64,000 nucleotides of DNA, from assembly GCA_043799105.1 (NCBI GenBank), contig JAZDOB010000012.1, positions 1,620-65,619 of the forward strand, written 5' to 3'. This document shows, in pieces, positions 50,896 through 60,525 of this stretch; within the stretch, counting starts at the first letter, position 1, and each line of letters starts with the position of its first letter. A program made the position numbers and the translations under genes. The notes under the pieces were generated by a model that had not been told where the DNA came from, did not search any database, and worked only from the letters and a program-made list of their open reading frames with translations. This DNA is from Candidatus Zambryskiibacteriota bacterium (GTDB lineage: Bacteria; Patescibacteriota; Minisyncoccia; Phycocordibacterales; WO2-35-19).

Positions 50896-52611
50896 ATGAT
50901 TGGAATTTTTAAGAGGATTCTGCATAAATGGAAAAAAAGAAGTTATAAGGATATAGATCCTGACGAGATTTTTCTTGATTCAAAAAATTTACCGGATTTC
51001 GACATCTATCAATTTGAGGGCCGTTTGGAAAAGCCGATTTCTTCCAAAGTTTTTTCTATTTTTGGCTTGCTCTGTCTTTTGGCGGTCGTTGTCTTCTTGG
51101 TCAAGTTTGGATCTTTGCAAATCGTTCACGGGTCTTTTTATAAAGACAAAAGCGAAAATAATAAATTGAAACAAATTTTAATAATAGCTCCGAGAGGTAC
51201 AATCTATAGTAGAGATGGGATACAATTGGCCTGGAATCAAAAATCGGATAACAGGGAAGACTTTCCATTGCGTAAATATATAGAAGCTCCCGGCTTTGGA
51301 AATCTTTTGGGATTTGTAAAATATCCAGCCAAAGATAAATCCGGCTTTTATTACGAAGAAGAATTTTTACCTAAAGATGGCGCTGAACTTTATCTAAATG
51401 AAATACTTTTTGGTGAAAATGGTCTGAAACTTATAGAAATTTCGGTAAACGGAGAAGTAATTTCCCAAAGTGCTATAGAACCACCTCGAAACGGCGAAAA
51501 AGCCGTTCTTTCGGTTGACAGTCGGGTGCAGGAAAAATTTTTCGATACGATTAAAGACCTTTCCGGTTCGGTGGGTTTTGGGGGCGGAGCCGGAGCGATT
51601 ATGGATGTTAATTCCGGAGAAATATTAGCCATGGTGAGTTTCCCGGAATATAGTTCGGAAGTTATGACCGAAGGTGATGACATCCAGAAAATAGAAAGTT
51701 ATTACAATGATACAAATAATCCCTTTTTAAACAGAGTCACATCTGGGCTCTATACCCCAGGCTCGATAGTTAAGCCGTTTTTAGCTTTTGCCGCTCTGGA
51801 AGAAAAAGTCATCACTCCGGAGAAAGAAATCATAAGCACCGGCAAAATAGAAATACCCAACCCCTATGATCCAGACAATCCCTCGGTGTTTAAAGACTGG
51901 AAAGCTCACGGAGCGGTGGATATGAGGAAAGCTATCTCTGTTTCTTCGGATGTTTATTTTTACGAAATAGGCGGTGGTTTTGGAAACCAAAAGGGTCTGG
52001 GCATTGAAAATATAAAAAAATATTTGGAGATGTTCGGCTTCACAAAAAAAACCGGCCTTGATACCTCAAAGGAGGCCACCGGAATAATTCCTGACCCAAA
52101 ATGGAAAGAAAAAACTTTTGACGGAGAAATATGGCGTCTTGGAGATACTTATAATACCGCTATCGGTCAATATGGTATGCAGGTTACACCCATTCAGATG
52201 GTTGTCGCGACAGCGGCTTTAGCCAATGGAGGCAAGCTGGTGGCTCCGTCTATTTTGTTTACTTCTACAAGCACTGTCGCGTCCGGCACAAAAATAAAAG
52301 GCGACCCCGAAAGTTTCCGGGTGGTGAGAGAAGGAATGCGACAGGGTGTGGCTGAAGGCGGTACCGCCACCGGTTTAAATTCTCCGGACGTGGAAGTGGC
52401 CGGTAAAACGGGTACAGCAGAACTTGGTTCACGAAAGCAGTTTGTTAATTCCTGGGTCATCGGATTCTTTCCTTTTGAAAAACCCAAATATGCTTTTGCT
52501 GTCGTGATGGAAAGGGGTCCGTCTACCAATCTCATTGGTGCCACTTACGTTATGCGCCAGCTTCTTGATTGGATGGCAGTAAATACTCCCGAATATTTGG
52601 AGAATGAATAA
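50896..52611 (+). CDS. mrdA: penicillin-binding protein 2 (class B transpeptidase)
   Basis: SxxK (GSIVKP), SSD (SVSSDVY) and KTGT (AGKTGTAE). Confidence 0.9.
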   Translation: MIGIFKRILHKWKKRSYKDIDPDEIFLDSKNLPDFDIYQFEGRLEKPISSKVFSIFGLLCLLAVVVFLVKFGSLQIVHGSFYKDKSENNKLKQILIIAPRGTIYSRDGIQLAWNQKSDNREDFPLRKYIEAPGFGNLLGFVKYPAKDKSGFYYEEEFLPKDGAELYLNEILFGENGLKLIEISVNGEVISQSAIEPPRNGEKAVLSVDSRVQEKFFDTIKDLSGSVGFGGGAGAIMDVNSGEILAMVSFPEYSSEVMTEGDDIQKIESYYNDTNNPFLNRVTSGLYTPGSIVKPFLAFAALEEKVITPEKEIISTGKIEIPNPYDPDNPSVFKDWKAHGAVDMRKAISVSSDVYFYEIGGGFGNQKGLGIENIKKYLEMFGFTKKTGLDTSKEATGIIPDPKWKEKTFDGEIWRLGDTYNTAIGQYGMQVTPIQMVVATAALANGGKLVAPSILFTSTSTVASGTKIKGDPESFRVVREGMRQGVAEGGTATGLNSPDVEVAGKTGTAELGSRKQFVNSWVIGFFPFEKPKYAFAVVMERGPSTNLIGATYVMRQLLDWMAVNTPEYLENE

Positions 52612-52638
52612 ATGATTTTTGTGCATATTGAAGTATTT

Positions 52639-52670
52639 TTAACAAATTAAGCGATCGCTAAATTTGTTAA
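52639..52670. repeat. 32-nt palindrome ttaacaaatt-aagcgatcgcta-aatttgttaa upstream of 52699 gene
   Basis: 10-bp perfect arms around a GCGATCGC core. A second inverted repeat, TATCAC-atta-GTGATA, follows at 52672..52687. Confidence 0.8.
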
Positions 52671-52698
52671 CTATCACATTAGTGATATTATTTAATCT

Positions 52699-53199
52699 AT
52701 GAGTTTGGTAATGGAAATATTGGAAAGCCTTTGGAATACACACCTTTACTACAAAGGGGTTAAAGTAAATTTGCTTGGGGTGCCGGTGCTTTGGGAAGAC
52801 AAAAAGGATTGTTCAAAAAATTCATTTAAAAGCACACTCTCAAGATTAAAAAGCAAAGGATTTATAGAAATAAAATCAGGTAAATGGTTTTTGACAAAAG
52901 CGGGAAAAGAATATTTTGAAAATAAGAGAAGACTCTCAACAAAATTTGCCTCTTCTTTTCCACTCAATTCTCCCAAAAATCTCTTGCTGATGTTTGACAT
53001 CCCGGAATCTAAAAAAGCCGAGAGGGAATGGTTAAGATGGCACTTGCGCGAATTTCAATATTTTATGATTCAAAAAAGCGTGTGGGTTGGACCAAGCCCG
53101 TTACCCAAAAAGTTTAAAGATCACGCGAAAAATATCGGTTTAAACGATTTTATAAAAACTTTCAAGTTGGCAAAACCTTACGGAATTATTAAAAGTTAA
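52699..53199 (+). CDS. winged-helix + PaaX-C/Cas2-like fold regulator (inferred)
   Basis: The N-terminus STLSRLKSKGFIEIKSGKWFLTKAGKEYF looks like a wHTH wing. The C-terminus LLLMFDIPESKKAEREWLRWHLREFQYFMIQKSVWVGP fits the PaaX C-terminal / Cas2-like pattern. Confidence 0.5.
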   Translation: MSLVMEILESLWNTHLYYKGVKVNLLGVPVLWEDKKDCSKNSFKSTLSRLKSKGFIEIKSGKWFLTKAGKEYFENKRRLSTKFASSFPLNSPKNLLLMFDIPESKKAEREWLRWHLREFQYFMIQKSVWVGPSPLPKKFKDHAKNIGLNDFIKTFKLAKPYGIIKS

Positions 53200-53228
53200 C
53201 AAATTTAGCGATCGCTGGATTTGTTAAC
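53195..53228. repeat. Second copy of the palindrome gttaacaaat-ttagcgatcgctgg-atttgttaac, overlapping the stop codon
   Basis: 10-bp perfect arms and the same GCGATCGC core. Together with 52639..52670 it brackets the gene. Confidence 0.8.
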
Positions 53229-53328
53229 CACTGGAAATTGATTTTTGGAGATTGCTTAATATTTTTATATAAAAACAGAAACTCGCCAAGGTAGATTTCT
53301 GCTCGGGCGGGGACATATTCGAACAAAT

Positions 53329-53493
53329 TTATTTCTTTGTAACCTTCTTGAGGATTTCGTAAATTGTTGAAAGAAAGAAAAACACAGTACTCAATACTGC
53401 TACCAATCCTGCGCCGTTTCCAGAGAGCGAAATGGTAGCGAGACCAGCCAGCAAACTTGCACCCATTAGAAAAACAAAAATAGTTTTTGTCAC
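53329..53493 (-). CDS. possible small membrane protein (54 aa, GTG start)
   Basis: GGAGA lies 5 nt upstream of the GTG. Translation: VTKTIFVFLMGASLLAGLATISLSGNGAGLVAVLSTVFFFLSTIYEILKKVTKK. Confidence 0.3.
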   Translation of the reverse strand: MTKTIFVFLMGASLLAGLATISLSGNGAGLVAVLSTVFFFLSTIYEILKKVTKK

Positions 53494-53562
53494 GGCCGTC
53501 TCCTTACGGTTAGTTTCTTAGTAAATTATAGCAAATACACAGATTTTGTCAAGTGTGGTGAG

Positions 53563-54873
53563 ATGGATATATTAAGATACAATAATAAAGTGAAATCTAT
53601 CTTAAAAAATATTTTGGCGGGGGTGTTGGGGTGGCAAGTGAGACAATTTAGGAAGAAAAATAATTTCAAAATTATTGGAGTGGTAGGAAGTATTGGTAAG
53701 ACCAGTACAAAACTGGCCATTGCCCAAGTTCTGGAAGGAAATATTAAAACCAGATACCAAAAGGGCAATTATAATGATATTGTCAGCGTGCCTCTCGTAT
53801 TTTTTGGCCAGGAAATGCCATCGCTTTGGAACATCTTTTCGTGGCTTAAAATTATTTTTCAGAACGAAATACAAATTTATTCAAGATATCCTTTTGACGT
53901 CGTGGTAGTAGAACTTGGCACTGACGCGCCGGGTCAGATAAGCCAATTTAGAAAATATCTGCATCTGAATGTGGCGGTTTTGACTGCCGTTACGCCCGAA
54001 CATATGGAATTTTTTAGCAGTATTGAGAATGTGGCAGAAGAAGAATGGTCGGTGAGTTTCTTCAGTGATATTGTTTTTGCCAACAAAGATTTGTGCAGAG
54101 TTGTGCCGGAAAACATTGACCACCGAAAAATAGTTTTTTATGGAATGGATTTTGGCTCAGCTTACAAGATAGAAAACGTCTTAAGAACCAAAAACGGATT
54201 TTCCTTTGATATTTCTCATAAAGGCGAAAGAATAATAAAAGTTTCGCATAACGCCTTTTCCGAAGTGCAATTGTATTCCATTGATGCGGCTGTTGCTCTG
54301 GCTAAGAAATTTAAAATTTCCAATGAGGGGATAGAAAAAGCTTTAGGTGGGATTAAAAGTTTTGCGGGCAGAATGCAAAAAATTAGAGGCATTAAAAACT
54401 CTTTAATTATTGATGATACTTACAACGCCAGTCCGGAAGCGGTTAAATTGGCCCTAAATAGTTTATATGCGCAGCCAGCTACCCAGAGGATCGCTATTTT
54501 GGGTATGATGAACGAGCTTGGCGACACATCAAAAGAAGAGCATGAAAAAATAGGCAAGCATTGCAATTCCAAGTTTTTGGATCTGGTAGTAACGGTGGGC
54601 AAAGACGCAAATTTATTTTTAGCTTCAACCGCAAGGGGAAACGGGTGCGAGGTTTATGAAGCCAAAAATTCGGTTGACGCCGGCAATTTCGTGGCTGGAA
54701 AAATCCTGCCTGCGCAAGCGGGGAAAGAAGGAGCTGTTGTTTTGGCCAAAGGTTCTCAAAATGGGGTTTTTGTAGAGGAGGCATTAAAGCCCCTGCTTAA
54801 AGACCAATCGGACATTTCAAAACTCGTTCGTCAAGATAAATATTGGATGAACAAAAAACATTTGACTTTTTGA
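53563..54873 (+). CDS. murF: UDP-N-acetylmuramoyl-tripeptide--D-alanyl-D-alanine ligase
   Basis: IGVVGSIGKTSTK, ELGTDAPGQI and IDDTYNASPEA. Confidence 0.85.
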   Translation: MDILRYNNKVKSILKNILAGVLGWQVRQFRKKNNFKIIGVVGSIGKTSTKLAIAQVLEGNIKTRYQKGNYNDIVSVPLVFFGQEMPSLWNIFSWLKIIFQNEIQIYSRYPFDVVVVELGTDAPGQISQFRKYLHLNVAVLTAVTPEHMEFFSSIENVAEEEWSVSFFSDIVFANKDLCRVVPENIDHRKIVFYGMDFGSAYKIENVLRTKNGFSFDISHKGERIIKVSHNAFSEVQLYSIDAAVALAKKFKISNEGIEKALGGIKSFAGRMQKIRGIKNSLIIDDTYNASPEAVKLALNSLYAQPATQRIAILGMMNELGDTSKEEHEKIGKHCNSKFLDLVVTVGKDANLFLASTARGNGCEVYEAKNSVDAGNFVAGKILPAQAGKEGAVVLAKGSQNGVFVEEALKPLLKDQSDISKLVRQDKYWMNKKHLTF

Positions 54874-54897
54874 TAGATTCACATACAATAGTCCCTT

Positions 54898-55362
54898 ATG
54901 GAAGAAAAAGAATATCTAACAAAAGATAAATATAAAACCCTTTCGGAGGAGTTGGATTATCTCAAAAAAACCAAGCGTAGAGAAGTCGCCGAACAATTGG
55001 AATACGCCAAATCTTTGGGTGATCTTTCTGAAAATGCCGAATATCACGAAGCTCGAGATATGCAGGGGGTGGTAGAAGACCGGATTCAAAAATTAGAATT
55101 TATTCTGAAGAATGCCATTATTGTCTCTTCTCACGGCACGGAAACGGTGGTTGTCGGTTCGGTGGTGACGGTAACCAAAAGTGGAGATAGAAATGAGAGA
55201 GTTTATACTATCGTGGGAGGCGAAGAATCGGATCTTTCCTCCGGCAAAATCTCCATACACTCTCCATTCGGCGAAGCTATTGTCGGCAAGAAAAAAAATG
55301 ACTCTTTCACTTACAATGCACCTTCCGGCCCTATCACATACAAAATAATTAGTATAAAATAG
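54898..55362 (+). CDS. greA: transcription elongation factor GreA
   Basis: LGDLSENAEYHEARD, followed by the C-terminal FKBP-like domain. Confidence 0.9.
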   Translation: MEEKEYLTKDKYKTLSEELDYLKKTKRREVAEQLEYAKSLGDLSENAEYHEARDMQGVVEDRIQKLEFILKNAIIVSSHGTETVVVGSVVTVTKSGDRNERVYTIVGGEESDLSSGKISIHSPFGEAIVGKKKNDSFTYNAPSGPITYKIISIK

Positions 55363-55366
55363 AAGC

Positions 55367-56824
55367 ATGGCTTCTTTGGAAGAAATTCGTGTCGCCAGAT
55401 TAAAAAAACTAAGCGCCCTCAAAGAAGCGGGCGTTGATCCGTATCCTGCCAAAACGGGGAGGAATTTTGAAATTAGTGAACTAATAAAAGAATTTGAAAA
55501 TCTCCAGAAAGAAAACAAACTGATAACAGTCGTCGGCCGAGTGATGGCTCTGCGTACGCAGGGAGCAATCGCCTTTGCTGACATTTTTGACGGTACGAGC
55601 AAATTTCAAATTCTTCTTAAAAAAGGGGAGGGTGTCAAAGACCAAGATTTTGATTTATTCATAGAAACGGTAGATATCGGAGATTTCATAGAAACGACAG
55701 GCACTCTTTTCGTTACCAAAAGAGAAGAAAAAACACTCCAAGTTTCCGATTGGAAAATGCTGGCTAAAAGCTTACGGCCTTTGCCTGAAAAGTGGCACGG
55801 CTTACAGGATTTGGAAGAGCGATATCGCCGGCGATATCTGGATTTTTTAATGAACGAAGAATTGAGGGATTTGATAATCAAAAAATCAAAATTTTGGGAT
55901 ATTATTCGAATTTTTTTCAAAGAGAGAGGCTTTTTGGAAGTAGAAACGCCAACACTGGAAATAACTACCGGCGGAGCCGAAGCTCGACCGTTTAAAACTC
56001 ATCACAATGACTTTGATTTGGATATGTATCTTAGAATTTCAGTTGGCGAACTGTGGCAAAAGAGACTTATGGCGGGAGGTTTCCCCAAGACTTTTGAAAT
56101 AGGCAGGATTTATAGAAATGAGGGTAGTTCCCCGGAGCATCTGCAGGAGTTTACCAACCTGGAATTTTACTGGAGCTATGCCGACTACAAAGATGGTATG
56201 AATTTGGTTAAAGAATTGTATAAAAATATAGCAGAAAGCGTTTTTGGCAGGACCAAATTTGAATATAACGGGCATACTTTTGATTTGGCCGATGAATGGA
56301 AGGAGGTTGATTACACGGAAGAAATAAAAAAGCAAACAGGTATAGATATTGAAAAAGCAAGCGAAAAGGAAATGAAAGAAAAACTGCAGGAACTCAAAAT
56401 AACTTATCAGGGAGAGAATAAGGAACGTCTCATTGACACTCTTTGGAAATACTGCAGGAAAAATATTTCAGGTCCGACTTTTGTGGTAAATCATCCTGCC
56501 ATTGTCGCTCCGCTCGCTAAAAAAATCCCAGGAAAGGATATCACTCAAATGTTCCAGCCTATTATTGCTGGCAGTGAAATGGGCCGGGGTTATTCTGAAC
56601 TTAATGATCCGATTGATCAGCAAAAAAGATTTGAAGAACAGGGAAAGTTTTTGGAAGCCGGAGACGAAGAGGCCATGATGCCAGATTTGGAATTTATTGA
56701 AATGCTTGAGCACGGTATGCCGCCGACTTGCGGATTTGGATTCGGCGAACGCCTCTTCGCGATTTTGGCCGGCAAACCTGTCCGCGAACTCCAAACCTTC
56801 CCCCTCATGCGTCCGAGGGAATAA
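55367..56824 (+). CDS. lysS: lysyl-tRNA synthetase, class II
   Basis: OB-fold VVGRVMALRTQGAIAFADI. Motifs FLEVETP, RIYRNEG and GFGFGERL. Confidence 0.95.
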   Translation: MASLEEIRVARLKKLSALKEAGVDPYPAKTGRNFEISELIKEFENLQKENKLITVVGRVMALRTQGAIAFADIFDGTSKFQILLKKGEGVKDQDFDLFIETVDIGDFIETTGTLFVTKREEKTLQVSDWKMLAKSLRPLPEKWHGLQDLEERYRRRYLDFLMNEELRDLIIKKSKFWDIIRIFFKERGFLEVETPTLEITTGGAEARPFKTHHNDFDLDMYLRISVGELWQKRLMAGGFPKTFEIGRIYRNEGSSPEHLQEFTNLEFYWSYADYKDGMNLVKELYKNIAESVFGRTKFEYNGHTFDLADEWKEVDYTEEIKKQTGIDIEKASEKEMKEKLQELKITYQGENKERLIDTLWKYCRKNISGPTFVVNHPAIVAPLAKKIPGKDITQMFQPIIAGSEMGRGYSELNDPIDQQKRFEEQGKFLEAGDEEAMMPDLEFIEMLEHGMPPTCGFGFGERLFAILAGKPVRELQTFPLMRPRE

Positions 56825-56908
56825 ACCCTCAAAATAAACATTAAAATAGTTCCCGTTAGGCGGGATTTTTAGTTATCCACTTATCCACAGGGGAGAGTGG
56901 TAGACGAG

Positions 56909-56960
56909 TATAATGAGGTGGTGTAAGATGGAACCAAGTGGGAAAAAGTGGATAACACAC
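56909..56960 (+). promoter_or_regulatory. mraZ promoter (-10 TATAAT 56909..56914) followed by four about 10-nt-phased GTGG/ATGG boxes (candidate MraZ operator)
   Basis: The sequence reads gaGGTGGtgta aGATGGaacc aAGTGGgaaa aAGTGGataa, immediately upstream of the mraZ ATG. Confidence 0.5.
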
Positions 56961-56965
56961 TCGTC

Positions 56966-57403
56966 ATGCTCATAGGAGAATATACACACACCATAGATGA
57001 TAAAAACAGAGTTTCTCTGCCGTCCAAATTTAGGTCTCTTATGGGCAAGAAGATTGTGATTACCCCCGGGTTGGACCAGTGTCTATTTGCCTTCACCATC
57101 AAAGAATGGGAAAAAATTGCGGGCAAGTTGTCGGAAAACGCATCGATACTTTCTGCCGATATGCGAAGTTTTACAAGGTATATGTTTGGGGGAGCGAGTG
57201 AAGTTGAAGTAGATAACATCGGACGAGTTTTGGTTCCGGATTTCCTGCGGGAACGCGCCAGTCTCAAAACCAAAGTGGTTTTGATTGGGGTGCAGAACCG
57301 ATTGGAAATATGGAACGAAAAATCGTGGACCGATTACAAGAGACAAGTAGAGAAACAAGCCGATGGCCTGGCCGAAAAATTATCAGGCCTAGGCATAATG
57401 TAA
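56966..57403 (+). CDS. mraZ: transcriptional regulator MraZ
   Basis: MLIGEYTHTIDDKNRVSLPSKFR and a second SpoVT/AbrB repeat, DNIGRVLVPDFLR. Confidence 0.9.
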   Translation: MLIGEYTHTIDDKNRVSLPSKFRSLMGKKIVITPGLDQCLFAFTIKEWEKIAGKLSENASILSADMRSFTRYMFGGASEVEVDNIGRVLVPDFLRERASLKTKVVLIGVQNRLEIWNEKSWTDYKRQVEKQADGLAEKLSGLGIM

Positions 57404-58309
57404 ATGGCTCACGCAAGTGTTCTTTTAAAAGAAGTAATAGAGAGTCTTGATTTCCAAAACGGAGACGTTTATTTGGACGCGACCATTGGTAGTGGCGGGC
57501 ATATGGAGGAGATTTGGAAAAAGATGAAAGATACAGTCACACTTTGTGGCATTGATGCGGACGAAATGTCTGTTTCTATCGCCAGAGAGAAGCTGGATCT
57601 TTCGGGGGCCAAAGCCAAACTTTTGGTACTTAATTTCAGAAACATTGATGAAGCTCCGGAAATATTTAGCATCAAAAATCCGACCAAAATTCTTTTTGAT
57701 CTCGGTTGGAGTACCGACCAATTTGATGAGGGGGGTAGAGGTTTCAGTTTCCAAAAGGATGAACCGCTCATCATGACTTTCAGACAAAAGGTGGGAGAAG
57801 AAGATACGACGGCTTATGATGCCATCAATCGGTGGAGTGAAGAAAATCTGGCGGATGTAATTTATGGATACGGAGAAGAAAAATATGCCAGAAGGATTGC
57901 TGAAGCTATCGTGGAAAAGAGAAAAGAAAAAGCCATTGAGACATCGCGAGAATTGGCAGAAATTGTTAAAGGTGCTGTGCCGATATTTTACCGCTTTGGT
58001 CATATTCATCCGGCCACCAAAACCTTCCAAGCTATCAGGATAGCGGTCAATGATGAGCTTCGAGCACTTAAAGAGGGTTTAGAAAATGGATTTAAGATTT
58101 TAGAAGAAGGAGGAAGAATGGCAATAATTTCATTTCATAGTTTAGAAGACAGAATAGTTAAAAGATTTTTCAAATTGCAAATAGCTGAAAATCGAGGAGA
58201 ACTTATAAATAAAAAGCCAATCACACCCAGTGAGGAAGAAATAAGCAAAAACCCAAGATCGAGAAGCGCCAAACTAAGAGTAATAAAAAAGGTTAAAAAA
58301 TATGACTAA
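57404..58309 (+). CDS. rsmH: 16S rRNA (cytosine1402-N4)-methyltransferase
   Basis: HASVLLKEV, DATIGSGGH, DLGWSTDQFD and SFHSLEDRIVK. Confidence 0.95.
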   Translation: MAHASVLLKEVIESLDFQNGDVYLDATIGSGGHMEEIWKKMKDTVTLCGIDADEMSVSIAREKLDLSGAKAKLLVLNFRNIDEAPEIFSIKNPTKILFDLGWSTDQFDEGGRGFSFQKDEPLIMTFRQKVGEEDTTAYDAINRWSEENLADVIYGYGEEKYARRIAEAIVEKRKEKAIETSRELAEIVKGAVPIFYRFGHIHPATKTFQAIRIAVNDELRALKEGLENGFKILEEGGRMAIISFHSLEDRIVKRFFKLQIAENRGELINKKPITPSEEEISKNPRSRSAKLRVIKKVKKYD

Positions 58310-58628
58310 TTTCATAAAACAAAAAACCAAAACCCTAGTAATGCATAAGGCCACCAATTATATTTTTATGACTCTCATTTTTGCAGTCGCTATCTCTTAT
58401 GTATATTTTGCCAATATAGCCGTACACGCTCTCACTGTTCTGGAAAAAACCAGGCAACATATGCAATCATTAAGCGTGGAGGTGAGTGAAATGGAATCAA
58501 AGAGATTGGCTATCGAAAATAATTTCAGCACCGAAAAAGTTCTGAGCTTGGGTTTTACGGAAGTAACCGCTCCGATTTTTATATTAAAAAATTCCGTAAA
58601 AACTACCCTTTCCTTTAAAATAGATTAA
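58302..58628 (+). CDS. ftsL: FtsL-like small bitopic membrane protein
   Basis: Single TM segment plus a coiled coil, located between rsmH and ftsI. Confidence 0.5.
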   Translation: MTNFIKQKTKTLVMHKATNYIFMTLIFAVAISYVYFANIAVHALTVLEKTRQHMQSLSVEVSEMESKRLAIENNFSTEKVLSLGFTEVTAPIFILKNSVKTTLSFKID

Positions 58629-58637
58629 AATAAGCAA

Positions 58638-60359
58638 ATGATTGGCAGGATTCGTCTCATATCCGTTATCATAATCGTGATGGCGCTCGTTACGTCTGTT
58701 CGTTTGTATTTTGTACAGATAGTGCACGGGGAATCTTTTGCTTCCGATGCCGAGAGACAAAATATAAACGAAAATACCACGCTTTATGATAGAGGAGAAA
58801 TTTATTTTGAAAGCAAAGCCGGAGAAATTATACCAGCGGCTATTTCCCGGTCTGGTTTTACTGTTGCCATAAATCCGAAAATTATAAAAGATCCGGAGGA
58901 AATTTATAAAAACTTGAGCCAAGTTTTGGTTTTGGACAAAGAGACATTCATAGCCAAAGCCTCAAAAAAAGATGATCCCTATGAAGAAATCGCGGAACAT
59001 CTTAATGCTGAAACTGCCGACAAAATAAAAGCCCTTAATATTTATGGTGTTAACATATCTACCGACAAATGGCGGTTTTATCCTGGGGGCAGACTAGCTT
59101 CCAATGTTATAGGTTTTGTGGCTTATAGCGGTAATGAACTGGCCGGCCGTTACGGGCTTGAAAGATATTATGAAGATATTCTAAAAAAGGATCCCTCAAA
59201 AGCTTATAACAATTTTTTCGCCGAATTTTTTTCAAATGTTAAGGAATCTCTGAATGAATATCCGCAAGAAGAGGGCAACATCATCACCTCTATCGAACCG
59301 TCAACACAACTTTTCCTTGAGAATGAACTTAAAAATGTCAGAGAAAAATGGGGAAGTGACCAGGCCGGAGGAATTATAATAAATCCAATGAACGGAGAAA
59401 TTATTGCTATGGCTTGGAATCCTTCTTTTGACCTCAATAATTTTAAGGAAAGTGGCGTTAATTTCTTTAACAATCCTCTTGTGGAAAATAGGTATGAGAT
59501 GGGCTCCATTATAAAATCTTTGACTATGGCTTCAGGCATTGATTCGGGCGTAGTCTCGGCTGCCAGCACCTACTATGATGCCGGATTTTTGGTTTTGAAT
59601 AATAAGCGTATCTCAAATTATGACAATAAAGGAAGAGGCACAGTCAATATGCAAGAAGTCTTAAATCAATCTCTAAACACCGGCGCCGCTTATGTGGCTA
59701 TGAAAATGGGCAACGAAAAATTTTCGGAATATATGAAAAATTTTAACGTTGGCACTGAGACCGGTATTGATCTGCCAAATGAGGGGCTTGGTCTTATAAG
59801 CAATTTGGACAGCAAGAGAGACATTGAAATTGCTACCGCTTCCTATGGACAGGGTGTTGCTTTTACCCCCATTGCCACCGTTAGGGCGCTTTCCGCTTTG
59901 GCTAACGGCGGAACACTTATCACTCCCCACGTAGTCAAAAAGATAGAATATCAAAATGGTCTCTCAAAAAAAATATCTTTTGCTCCGGAAAAACAGGTAA
60001 TAAAAAAAGAAACTTCGGAAGAAATTACTAGAATGCTTGTTAATGTTGTCGACAAAGCTTTGCGCGGAGGTACGGCCAAAGTTCCAGGGTTTAGTGTCGC
60101 GGCAAAAACAGGTACTGCCCAAATGACGAACGAAGGCACAGCCGGTTATGTGGAAGGGAAGTACCTGCATTCTTTCTTCGGCTACTTTCCCGCCTACAAC
60201 CCGAAGTTTTTGGTTTTTCTCTTTCATATTTATCCCAAAAATGTCCGCTATGCTTCCGAAACTTTGACCGACCCCTTCCTTGATATCACAAAATTTCTCA
60301 TAAACTACTACCAGATCCCTCCCGACAGGCCGGAAGATACTCTAACCAAAACTCAATAA
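58638..60359 (+). CDS. ftsI: penicillin-binding protein (FtsI/PBP3-like class B transpeptidase)
   Basis: SxxK (GSIIKS), SxN (QSLNTG) and KTGT (AAKTGTAQ). Confidence 0.9.
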   Translation: MIGRIRLISVIIIVMALVTSVRLYFVQIVHGESFASDAERQNINENTTLYDRGEIYFESKAGEIIPAAISRSGFTVAINPKIIKDPEEIYKNLSQVLVLDKETFIAKASKKDDPYEEIAEHLNAETADKIKALNIYGVNISTDKWRFYPGGRLASNVIGFVAYSGNELAGRYGLERYYEDILKKDPSKAYNNFFAEFFSNVKESLNEYPQEEGNIITSIEPSTQLFLENELKNVREKWGSDQAGGIIINPMNGEIIAMAWNPSFDLNNFKESGVNFFNNPLVENRYEMGSIIKSLTMASGIDSGVVSAASTYYDAGFLVLNNKRISNYDNKGRGTVNMQEVLNQSLNTGAAYVAMKMGNEKFSEYMKNFNVGTETGIDLPNEGLGLISNLDSKRDIEIATASYGQGVAFTPIATVRALSALANGGTLITPHVVKKIEYQNGLSKKISFAPEKQVIKKETSEEITRMLVNVVDKALRGGTAKVPGFSVAAKTGTAQMTNEGTAGYVEGKYLHSFFGYFPAYNPKFLVFLFHIYPKNVRYASETLTDPFLDITKFLINYYQIPPDRPEDTLTKTQ

Positions 60360-60412
60360 TTTGTGTTATATTTTATTTGCAAGGCTTGCCACGCGGAGCT
60401 TTAGCGAAGTAT

Positions 60413-60484
60413 GGCCTCATCGTCTAGCGGCTAGGACATTGCCTTCTCAAGGCAAGAACCGGGGTTCGATTCCCCGTGAGGTCA
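60413..60484 (+). tRNA. trnE: tRNA-Glu (CUC)
   Basis: GGCCUCA..GUCU-AGCGGCUA-GGAC..UUGCC-UUCUCAA-GGCAA..CGGGG-UUCGAUU-CCCCG-UGAGGUC-A. Confidence 0.9.
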
Positions 60485-60491
60485 CATTTTC

Positions 60492-60519
60492 TTGACAATT
60501 TTTGCTACTCTGCTATACT
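60492..60519 (+). promoter_or_regulatory. near-consensus sigma70 promoter TTGACA-16-TGcTATACT
   Basis: The -35 box is at 60492..60497 and the -10 at 60514..60519, directly after tRNA-Glu. Confidence 0.65.
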
Positions 60520-60525
60520 AAACTT

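Noticed and set aside
57425-58030. A 201-aa minus-strand ORF.
   Set aside because: It is antisense to rsmH, which is strongly supported.
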